A DNA stretch of 47,074 nt from contig CAWHMU010000028.1 in the NCBI GenBank assembly GCA_963830365.1, positions 1 through 47,074 on the forward strand, in the 5' to 3' direction. Source of the stretch: an uncultured Chlamydiae bacterium. Its GTDB lineage: Bacteria; Chlamydiota; Chlamydiia; Chlamydiales; Parachlamydiaceae. Of this stretch, positions 29,700-37,707 are shown in pieces; position 1 is the stretch's first letter; every line of letters starts with the position of its first letter. The translations under genes and the position numbers were made by a program. The notes beneath the pieces are model-generated. The model saw nothing but the letters and a program-made list of their open reading frames with translations. It was not told the DNA's origin and searched no databases.

Positions 29700-30750
29700 G
29701 GTCAGGCTTGGTATTCGGGTATTCGTTTCTTTAGTTATTCATTCTTAGAGGATCCTGTAACCAACGGCGCATATCCTCCACGTTCTGGGCAGCTGTTGGG
29801 TTACTGATGACCTTGATTTCGAAGCGGCTTGCAAGTTGTGTTAAAGTACTTGGATCTCTCCCAAGAATATTTGCCAGGCTTGCGAATGAAATATGGTTGG
29901 TTTTTCTCACAAAAAAAGCCAATAGCGCACGTGCAAGGGAATTTTTGGCGTGCTTCCCAGGCATGCACAACTGCTCGTGAGTGATGTTATGAATTTCACA
30001 AACTTTTGTTATAAGGTCAGTTAACTCTATTTTTTTGTGTTTTATTGCGCACGTTGTTACCATAATTTCTTCGACAAATGCTCGATTACCAATCATTCCT
30101 GCAATGCAACCCGATTTAAAGTCGAATTCTGTTTCGACACCAATCCCTTTCAAAACATACCTCTCATAATTTCTGATGACATTTTTGGGTTCGATGTCGA
30201 ATTTTTTCAAAACTCGTTCCTTGGTCAGCCAACTAAATTCGTCTAGTTCAAAATAGGCTCTATGGCTACTCCAAAAGTATTGTAGAGGATCAGACACCAA
30301 TTTTGCACGGACTGGATTAAGATGGATATACCGTATAAGTTCCTTGAGATAATCCTCATCATCAATAAGAATGGATTTGAATCGCCCCTGAAATAGGTGC
30401 CCAATGCGTTTGTACTTTCGATTGATATAACGAGTATAGCGGAAAGCAAGATGCTGCATAATGCGGGAAATGCTTATATCGGCTACTCGCACCGCCAAAT
30501 GGATGTGATTCGACATCATACAAAAAGCTTCAATGCTGTGGCCAAAACGCTCAACACCTTGTTGCATGAGCAGGCACAACCTTGATGTATCTCCCTCAGA
30601 AAAGAAGATAGGTTGACCATCATTGCCCCTGAGCATCACGTGGTAGGTTGAAGTAGGGGAGTGGAATCTTTGTCGTCTTGCTATAATTCAAAGAATTTAT
30701 AGTCAAGCGGGATAGAGCGCAAGGAAAATACCCGAATACCAAGCCTGACC
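29700..30750 (-). mobile_element. RAYT-like element bounded by perfect 24-bp inverted repeats
   Basis: GGTCAGGCTTGGTATTCGGGTATT (29700-29723) is the exact reverse complement of AATACCCGAATACCAAGCCTGACC (30727-30750). Confidence 0.85.
29731..30684 (-). CDS. Y1 HUH transposase (IS200-like / REP-associated tyrosine transposase) with a C-terminal HTH
   Basis: YHVMLRGN, AFCMMSNHIHL (HUH), GHLFQGRFKS, RYIHLNPVRA (catalytic Tyr) and YFWSS motifs; C-terminal ARALLAFF..SFASLANILGRDPST HTH. The conserved N-terminus extends to an ATA at 30684. Confidence 0.92.
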   Translation of the reverse strand: MARRQRFHSPTSTYHVMLRGNDGQPIFFSEGDTSRLCLLMQQGVERFGHSIEAFCMMSNHIHLAVRVADISISRIMQHLAFRYTRYINRKYKRIGHLFQGRFKSILIDDEDYLKELIRYIHLNPVRAKLVSDPLQYFWSSHRAYFELDEFSWLTKERVLKKFDIEPKNVIRNYERYVLKGIGVETEFDFKSGCIAGMIGNRAFVEEIMVTTCAIKHKKIELTDLITKVCEIHNITHEQLCMPGKHAKNSLARALLAFFVRKTNHISFASLANILGRDPSTLTQLASRFEIKVISNPTAAQNVEDMRRWLQDPLRMNN

Positions 30751-30793
30751 CCAAGCCTGACCCCAAGTCTGACCCCAAGTGTGACCCCAAGTG
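30739..30793 (+). repeat. tandem 12-bp REP array (4.5 units)
   Basis: CCAAGCCTGACC x2, CCAAGTCTGACC, CCAAGTGTGACC, CCAAGTG. Confidence 0.92.
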
Positions 30794-31131
30794 CGTACGG
30801 ATCTGTGAGAGCTCATGAGGTGAGATTCCTTTGCGCTACTCGACGTTCTAGCGGAACTGCAATTTAGGCATCTGTTGGAGCATGAGCTTTGGCTAACGGA
30901 AACGGAGGCTAGAAAACTTTTAGTGCCACAGGCTGCCAAATCACGGGGAAGAGAGCCTCAGCTAAATCTAACGAATGCAGGTGAATCGCAGAGCTGACTT
31001 CTTATGTGTTTTATATTGTCTTAAAAAGGCTTAAGGATTAAGTTTTTATCACGGACAAGAAATAGATTTGAAAACATTTTTTGGAATTGAAAGTCAGAAC
31101 GTGACTGCATGTTTATCCAAAGGGGTCATGA

Positions 31132-31359
31132 ATGAATAGAGATGTACTAGGTAGAGCAGAACTTGAAGCGCTTAAATTAAATTGGAATCCTTGTAAAGCA
31201 GGTTTAATGGGTGGACGTTGTGCAGCCACAGGAACCTGTGATAATAGGCCAGAATATAGTGCACGAAAGATCACTAATATAGAAAATCAAAAAATTCATT
31301 TGTTAGGGTATTCAAGGAGTGCTAAAGACATTAGGCTTAAATATGGCCCATTATGTTGA
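31132..31359 (+). CDS. candidate RiPP precursor peptide (75 aa)
   Basis: AAGGGG RBS; ELEAL...LMGG followed by RCAATGTCDN; overlaps the start of the LanM-like gene. Confidence 0.65.
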   Translation: MNRDVLGRAELEALKLNWNPCKAGLMGGRCAATGTCDNRPEYSARKITNIENQKIHLLGYSRSAKDIRLKYGPLC

Positions 31360-32926
31360 TGAAATAAGTGTGCAGGATGGGTTCAGAGCTCAATTTTTCT
31401 TAAGCTCTATAGAAAAAGAATTGAGGAAAATTGAAGATGCTGTAAGTGATCTCATGATCTTTTCTAGAACCATCCAGGAGGTTTTGCAAGAGTTTTCTGA
31501 TTCTCTTGCAACCGAATTAGATCGAATCTTTTTGCCTACGGTAGTTTTTGAGCTGGAGAAGGCCAAAAGGAACGGTGATTTATCTGGAAATTCTGCAACA
31601 GCTCGGTATGAAAGTTTTTTTGTAGATGGGAATAAGTATACTAAACATACATACTCAATTTTGGAAAAATACCCTTTCCTTTTTGAATTATCTGAAAACC
31701 TAATTGTTCAAACGTTTGACTCTCTCCTCAGAAGTCTAAGGAGATATAAAGAAAATGAACTGGAGTTGAAAAAGTGGAATCAATTTCCTCCGAATATTCT
31801 AATTCATAAAATTAAGCCTCTTGATGGAGCGGATCGACATTCTTCTCAACAAACACTTCTCTTTGAATTTTCCAATGGTTTGAAGGTCATTTATAAGCCC
31901 GTTGATCTTAGGCCAGATCTTCTTTTAGCTCGTTTTATTGAAAAGTTAGAGTTACAGGACCCTTTTAATTTGAAGTCTTTAGAGGTTTTTGCCTTACCTG
32001 AATATGGATGGATTAAATTTATCGATTTTGAAAAATGCGAAAATACGCAAGAAATTGAGGATTTTTACTGTAGAACAGGTGTTTTGCTTGCGGTAGCAGA
32101 TAGTCTGAATTATACGGATGGCCACTGCGAAAACTTGTTTGCTAAAAGAGCTTTCCCTATTTTAATTGATGGAGAAACACTATTTCAAAATTACGAACCG
32201 CCTGTTATAGACGATAAAAGCATCCTTACAACCCTTTTAATTCAGAAGATAAATGATCAAGATGAAAATCGTTTTCTTAACTCTGCACTTCAAGCTCCAG
32301 ATGGGATAAAGTATGAGTATTTGAAGACTCATGCTATTCACGATCAAACAGATGATATTGAGGTGCGCTATCAAGGAATTAATGATTCTCCCCATCATCA
32401 TTGCCCTTGGTTGAATGATGAATCTTGCCCTGCTCACAAATATGTTTCTTTTATTATCAAAGGATATTGCTATGGCTACAGAAAGATTACAGAAAAGCTA
32501 GACTCCATTGTTAATGATAAAAACTGGTGGAGGGCTGTTGGTAAAGTTCGTGGGCGTGTTTTGTTACGTGAAACAATTTCTTATGTCTATTTACTGAGGA
32601 ACATACAGCTGCCGGAACAGCTTGTAGCTCGGAAAAAAGCTGAATCGATTCTATTACAAAAACTTGGATCAACCTGTTATAGCCAATACGAAGCGGATGA
32701 TCTTTTGTCATTAAATATTCCGTATTTTTATCAAATTCCAAGAAAAAAACATCTTTATGATAGCAAAGGGTACAAATACCCAAACGTTTTTGGAGAAACA
32801 GCTATTGCTAGATTGAAAAAGCAATTCCTACAGCGAAGTGACAAAAAAATGAATTTTGGTTGCGATATTCTATCTCGACATTTGGTACCGCCTTTTATGG
32901 AAGAATTGGAAATGTCATCAATATGA
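31343..32926 (+). CDS. lanM: LanM-type dehydratase domain (DUF4135) protein lacking the LanC cyclase domain
   Basis: GADRH, VIYKP, YGWIKF, TDGHCEN, ILIDGETLF, RVLLRETISY and NIPYFY motifs; ends at ~527 aa. Confidence 0.9.
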   Translation: MAHYVDEISVQDGFRAQFFLSSIEKELRKIEDAVSDLMIFSRTIQEVLQEFSDSLATELDRIFLPTVVFELEKAKRNGDLSGNSATARYESFFVDGNKYTKHTYSILEKYPFLFELSENLIVQTFDSLLRSLRRYKENELELKKWNQFPPNILIHKIKPLDGADRHSSQQTLLFEFSNGLKVIYKPVDLRPDLLLARFIEKLELQDPFNLKSLEVFALPEYGWIKFIDFEKCENTQEIEDFYCRTGVLLAVADSLNYTDGHCENLFAKRAFPILIDGETLFQNYEPPVIDDKSILTTLLIQKINDQDENRFLNSALQAPDGIKYEYLKTHAIHDQTDDIEVRYQGINDSPHHHCPWLNDESCPAHKYVSFIIKGYCYGYRKITEKLDSIVNDKNWWRAVGKVRGRVLLRETISYVYLLRNIQLPEQLVARKKAESILLQKLGSTCYSQYEADDLLSLNIPYFYQIPRKKHLYDSKGYKYPNVFGETAIARLKKQFLQRSDKKMNFGCDILSRHLVPPFMEELEMSSI

Positions 32927-34701
32927 AAACTATATATTCTGCATACAAAACTTTCTCGTGGTCGCTCAAGCAGCTTTTCAATGCAGCACCATATGAAACC
33001 AGTTTTCTTTTGATATTTGTATTTTTTCAGGGATTGATTCCTGCCGCATCTCTCTATGCGATAAAAGGAATTATCCAGTGGGTAAATTCATCTTTTACAT
33101 TTCCACTTTTATTTGTTGCTCTCTGGGGAGGGATGCTATTAGCGGATATTGTCTTGAGTCCGGTTATTGCTGTAGTTCGGCTTCATTTAAATGAAAAAAT
33201 ATTAAGTTTTTGTAATGTTTTGCTAATGGAGAGGGCACACACAATTCAAGGCTTGAGTTCATTTGAAAACCCAAAGTTCTACGATGAAATCCAATTTTTA
33301 AAAAATGAATCTTCAAAACGTCCGTTAAATCTTGTCTACGTTCTTACTGGGTTCTTGAAAGAAGGTATAGCTCTGTTGTCAGTACAGATAGTTTTAAGTA
33401 CCCTCGAGTGGTGGATTCCGATTGCTATGCTCTTAGCTAGCCTACCTCATGCCTTATCGACTCTTTGGTTTGAAAAGCAGTCATGGGATCAGATGCTTTT
33501 TCGCAGTCCAGAAGCGCGAAAACTAGCTTGGATTGGTTCCTTATCATTAGATGATCATGTTGCAAAAGAAGTCCGTCTGTTCGGTTTTGGGGATTTTTTA
33601 GTACAGCGATATAAAGAATTAGCCAAATCAATGCATCAAGCATTGTCTAAGGCAAGATGGAAGAAATCTGCAGCTTCAGTTTTTTTATCTTCTTTGACTG
33701 TCATTGGTTATGTTTTTATTGTGAGTGTTGTTCTGCTCCAAACAAAAGATAAGAATTTGGAAATAAGTGGTTTAGTTGTTATTATACAATCGCTTGTTAT
33801 GACTCAATCTCAACTGATAGGTTGTATTTCATACCTAGGTATGACAACTCCGATTCTACTTTTTTTTTCCAAGTTACGCTTATTCCTTTTTTCATCGGTT
33901 TGCTCTATTCCAGAAAATCAATCAATGATTTGTCCTGGGTTTCAGCATGAAATTTGCTTTGAAAATGTTTCGTTTTCATATCCGGACGGCCGAGAAGCTC
34001 TTCAGAATGTGAGTTTCAAAATTCAAAAAGGGGAAAAAATTGCTATTGTGGGTCCAAATGGCGCAGGTAAATCTACAATAGTAAAACTCATATTGCGTTT
34101 TTACGACCCCTCAACAGGTTCTATTACTGTGGATGGGCATGACTTAAAGGATATAGACATAATGGCTTGGCGTTCGGTTATAAGTGGTGTTTTCCAAGAT
34201 TTTGGACGCTATCATTTTACGGTGGGTGAAAATATTGCTTTAGGAAATATTAATGCCTCTGAAGAACAGATTTGTCATGCAGCAAAAAAGGGAGGTTTTA
34301 CTCCTATTTTAAAGCAATTGCCCCAAGGATTAAACGCTCTTTTAGGAAAAGAATTTGGAGGAACGTCACTTTCAGGAGGAGAATGGCAAAAATTGGCTAT
34401 GTCACGCGCCTTTCTCCGTGAGGCAAAGTTCTTAATCTTGGACGAGCCAACATCGTCACTTGATCCAGAAAGTGAATTTGAAGTTTTTAATAAATTTGCA
34501 GATGCAGTGCAGGGGAAAACGGCTCTTCTGATCACCCATCGTCTTGGTTCAGCAAAAATGGCTGATAGAATTCTGGTCTTTAAAAATGGTCGTCTGATCG
34601 AAACAGGCTCTCATCAGACGTTACTTAATACACAAAGCGAGTATGCGCTGCTTTATATGTTACAAGCCAATCAGTATAAGCATACAACCAAATCAGTATA
34701 A
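32923..34701 (+). CDS. ABC exporter (TMD+NBD), NisT/LanT-like without a C39 peptidase
   Basis: AKEVRLFG, GPNGAGKST, LSGGEWQKLAMSRAF, ILDEPTSSLD and ITHRL motifs; ATGA overlap with the upstream stop. Confidence 0.92.
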   Translation: MKTIYSAYKTFSWSLKQLFNAAPYETSFLLIFVFFQGLIPAASLYAIKGIIQWVNSSFTFPLLFVALWGGMLLADIVLSPVIAVVRLHLNEKILSFCNVLLMERAHTIQGLSSFENPKFYDEIQFLKNESSKRPLNLVYVLTGFLKEGIALLSVQIVLSTLEWWIPIAMLLASLPHALSTLWFEKQSWDQMLFRSPEARKLAWIGSLSLDDHVAKEVRLFGFGDFLVQRYKELAKSMHQALSKARWKKSAASVFLSSLTVIGYVFIVSVVLLQTKDKNLEISGLVVIIQSLVMTQSQLIGCISYLGMTTPILLFFSKLRLFLFSSVCSIPENQSMICPGFQHEICFENVSFSYPDGREALQNVSFKIQKGEKIAIVGPNGAGKSTIVKLILRFYDPSTGSITVDGHDLKDIDIMAWRSVISGVFQDFGRYHFTVGENIALGNINASEEQICHAAKKGGFTPILKQLPQGLNALLGKEFGGTSLSGGEWQKLAMSRAFLREAKFLILDEPTSSLDPESEFEVFNKFADAVQGKTALLITHRLGSAKMADRILVFKNGRLIETGSHQTLLNTQSEYALLYMLQANQYKHTTKSV

Positions 34702-34729
34702 GAAGATTGAAATGAGGTCACATTGAGAT

Positions 34730-34962
34730 AGGGTCAGGTTGGTATTTTAGTATTTTCTTGCGAGGAATATACCAAGGCTGACCTCACACTCGGGGTCAGG
34801 CCTTACATTCTGACATTTGACTAGGTTAGCAGGTGCAAGGGGCCAAGGCGATAGACATGCAAGATGAGGATCATTTTGCACACCTATCGTCTTGACCCTT
34901 TGCGTTTTTTATAAAACATTGGAAATTTGAACACGGGGCCAGGCTTTACATGCTGACATTTT
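34730..34962 (+). repeat. REP cluster with conserved hairpin copy 2
   Basis: AGGGTCAGGTTGGTAT...ATACCAAGGCTGACCT palindrome, GGGGTCAGGCCTTACATTCTGACATTTGACTAGG plus hairpin, and GGGGCCAGGCTTTACATGCTGACATT. Confidence 0.8.
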
Positions 34963-35003
34963 CCTTGTTATCATAGTCACTGCTCATTATGTTCATGATA
35001 ATC

Positions 35004-35292
35004 ATGGCAAGACGACAGAGATTCCATTCACCAACTTCTACCTGCCACGTTATGCTTAGGGGTAACGATGGACAATCCAAAACAATCCCAGGCGCGCGCA
35101 TTACTGGCTCTTTTAGTCAGAGAATACGAGGGTCTCTCGCTTGAAAGTCTTGCAAAGCTTCGAGGAAGAGATGCAAGCGGTCTGACTAAACTAGCCAACC
35201 GTTTGGAAATTAAGAGTACGCAAGATGAAATACTTGCTCAGCAAGTGACGGAAATGTGTCGTTGGTTGTTGAATTCCGCTTGCGCAGCCTAG
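35004..35292 (+). pseudogene. internally deleted copy of the RAYT-like transposase
   Basis: ATG 35004 encodes MARRQRFHSPTSTCHVMLRGNDGQ, almost identical to the intact copy's N-terminus. It is joined out of frame to the C-terminal HTH (ARALLALLVR..SLAKLRGRDASGLTKLANRLEIK) and followed by GCCTGACCCC. Confidence 0.9.
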
Positions 35293-35371
35293 AATGTCAG
35301 AATCTCATGCCTGACCCCGGGCACAAAGACTTATGGAAAAAAAATAGAACGTATAACTGAAAAGGCAGCAT

Positions 35372-35917
35372 ATGAAAGAATCGTTTAAGAAATATTGGAT
35401 ATATTATTTAGCTTTCATCTTTTTTATTTTAGGCATGTTCTATTATAGCAAAGCTTATGCATATGATCATTTCGCATATGACCATGAAGGAAATGCCTAC
35501 TGTTTTCAGCATCCCTTAGCTATAAAACACATGGATATGTATCTCGAGATGCAGCACATAGATATGCATCAGCTTCGTGCTCTTGCTCATCATGATTGCA
35601 AGACAAACGCTCAAAAAGTTCAATTTTACAATGAAAACGGAGAGCGTTGCTCCAAAGACACCAAAGATAGATGTTAGTGGTTACCAAATGTATCTGAAAG
35701 GGATAAGGCGCGTTATTGCTTTTCAACCTTCGGTATTTTAGCTACTCCAGGAGAGCCTAGATCTAAAATTATTATCGCAGTAATAAATGCCCTTATTCAA
35801 TACGGATTAGATTGTAGCGATGAATGGCACTACATAAATAATAAGCTTTATTGGAGCCAATATCACTTTGAAATGATGGAGTTTCATCAAGATCTAATAA
35901 AACACGGATATCCTTGA
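35372..35917 (+). pseudogene. hypothetical exported protein interrupted by an in-frame TAG
   Basis: Signal-peptide-like N-terminus; after TAG 35675-35677 the same frame stays open for 79 codons (WLPNVSERDKARYCF...HGYP*). Confidence 0.65.
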
Positions 35918-36084
35918 CCCCTTGTCGTTACCCACAACTATCAATCAAATAATTTAAGTTATTTTTTGCAGAGCCATTTCCATTCGATCGCGCATGTCTT
36001 GCAGTCTAATCCAGCCTTTCCAGATTTTTTGCCATCCCGGATTTCCGTCCGATTTCCGTGCTAAAAACCCTCCTAACATAGCAC

Positions 36085-36263
36085 TCGGGGTCAGGTCTGA
36101 CATTCTGACATTGAACTCGGGGTCACAACTCGGGTTCAGGCCTGGGCTGTCAAAAAACTCTGGATAAGGCCTGACATTCGACTAGGTTAGCAGATGCAAG
36201 GGCCAGGGCGATAGGTTTGCAAGATGGGAATCATTTTGCGCGCCTGCCGCTCTGGCCTTTTGT
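36085..36263 (+). repeat. REP cluster with conserved hairpin copy 3
   Basis: CTCGGGGTCAGG, CTCGGGGTCAC and CTCGGGTTCAGG, then CTGACATTCGACTAGGTTAGCAG plus hairpin. Confidence 0.8.
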
Positions 36264-36438
36264 GTGCTTGTTTTTAATAAGTTTTTGGCTCTGGCGCGGG
36301 CACGAAAAGTGGACCATATGGACTAAATAGGCTATATGGACAACAGCTAATGGACAGGCAAATGCCATATTTTGGGCACGGGCAGGCTGATACTATAGTG
36401 GAAGTCTGTGCATAATTGGAACAGGGCTGTGTGCTGCG

Positions 36439-37122
36439 TCAGTTCTTGGCGCTTTGGGCTGAGGTTACTTTGGCTTGTGCCGCGGTGAAGCGTGCTTCTG
36501 CGGCGGCGGCGCTTTCAGCCGCAGCCACGGCTTTGGCGTCGGCGTGGTCGACGGCTGAAAAAGCGGCTGCCGCTGCTTTGGCCAGGACATCGGCGGCTAG
36601 TACGTCGGCGGCAGCGGCATTAAGTTCTGCCAATGTGGCCGCGGCTTTTGCTGGGGTATCGCCTCTTCTAACGGTAGCGGCGCGGGCTTCAGCGGCAATT
36701 TCGCGCAAGGCGGCGGCGCTGACATGTATGTCGGCGGTTTCATGAGCTGCTAGGGCTCGTTTCATGGCTGCGGCAGTGGCAGCCGTTGCCATGGCTGCAA
36801 GGTCTCTTGTCTTGGCTGCGATTTCTCTTGCTGTGGCAGCGGCCGTTGCTAAGGCTGTGGCTGAGGCGCTCTCTTGGCCGGGCGCAAACGCCTTGGCCGC
36901 CAATAGGGCAATGGCGGCGGCGCAGGCGCAGCCTATTAAAGCAACTTTTGCCAGTGTGGCGATGCGGGGCTGCTGCCAGGCGGACACAGGGGTTGGATTC
37001 TTTTTTTGGTATTTTGTATTGCGAGGCCGCGCCTCATGGGGAAGACTAAAGTCAGTGGTATAAAAGCCGTCAAGACCGTTTGGGAAGCTAGCGTAAGTAT
37101 ACTGAAATGAATTAAAAGGCAT
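36439..37122 (-). CDS. alanine-rich hypothetical protein with one TM segment
   Basis: 227-aa ORF; hydrophobic VALIGCACAAAIALLAA followed by an Ala-rich helix. Confidence 0.65.
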   Translation of the reverse strand: MPFNSFQYTYASFPNGLDGFYTTDFSLPHEARPRNTKYQKKNPTPVSAWQQPRIATLAKVALIGCACAAAIALLAAKAFAPGQESASATALATAAATAREIAAKTRDLAAMATAATAAAMKRALAAHETADIHVSAAALREIAAEARAATVRRGDTPAKAAATLAELNAAAADVLAADVLAKAAAAAFSAVDHADAKAVAAAESAAAAEARFTAAQAKVTSAQSAKN

Positions 37123-37303
37123 GTATAGTATTTTGGTTGGTTGTGTCTGTGAAATTATAGTTAGTTTATTAAACTATCACATGGCTGTTTAATTTGCAAA
37201 TGTTCAGTGAGTGATAAGAATAAGCTTTGGGGAACGCCGCCTTGAGCTAACTTTTAAAAAACAATAGTGCAGGAACTCTGGGTAGATGTGTCGGCTGAAC
37301 GGC

Positions 37304-37511
37304 TTGGGGTCAGGCTTGCGATTTGCGATTTGAAAGCTGTTGGGACTTCCTGAATGCGCTTTAGGACTTTCAAATCACAAATCACAAGCCAGACCCCAAT
37401 CCTCAAACTTCAATTAGGCTGGCGATTTACGATTTGAAAGCTGCTGGGACTTCCTGAATGCGCTTTAGGACTTTCAAATCACAACTCACCGGCCAGGCCC
37501 CAATCCTCAAA
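37304..37511. repeat. tandem pair of GGGGTCAGG-type REPIN palindromes
   Basis: TTGGGGTCAGGCTTGCGATTTGCGATTTGAAAG...CTTTCAAATCACAAATCACAAGCCAGACCCCAA, followed by a degenerate second unit. Confidence 0.85.
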
Positions 37512-37633
37512 AGGATCTATGATGGAGGATCCATGATGGGCGGTTTTATAGGCGATGAAAATAGCGCTGAGCTTTGACGTTGCTAGAAAGGTTTAAATAA
37601 GCTAGGATATAGCACATTCGCTTGCTATCATAC

Positions 37634-37707
37634 GTTCTCGTAGCTCAGTTGGATAGAGCGGTTGCCTCCTAAGCAACAGGCCGCGCGTTCGAATCGCGCC
37701 GAGGACA
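37634..37707 (+). tRNA. tRNA-Arg (anticodon CCT)
   Basis: Acceptor GTTCTCG/CGAGGAC, D arm TAGCTCAGTTGGATAGAGC, anticodon arm GTTGC-CTCCTAA-GCAAC, T arm GCGCG-TTCGAAT-CGCGC; CCA not encoded. Confidence 0.96.

Noticed and set aside
30739..30793. Short repeat arrays (also 28139-28405 and 37702-37785) as CRISPR
   Set aside because: Units are 12-14 bp and head-to-tail with no unique spacers, and there are no cas genes.
30824..30997. 57-codon open plus-strand frame (DSFALLDVLAELQFRHLLEHELW...) after the REP array
   Set aside because: It may be a captured gene tail, but it has no convincing start and no recognisable homology, so it is not called.
29731..32926. IS605-type TnpA/TnpB or other RNA-guided nuclease locus
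   Set aside because: No ORF with RuvC or Zn-finger TnpB/IscB motifs lies next to the Y1 transposase.
36416..37063. Plus-strand Ala-rich ORFs
   Set aside because: Antisense shadows of the GCN-rich minus-strand gene.
28015..37707. Classical tRNA-anchored integrative island
   Set aside because: The accessory region lies 5' of the tRNA, with no integrase and no distal copy of the tRNA 3' end.
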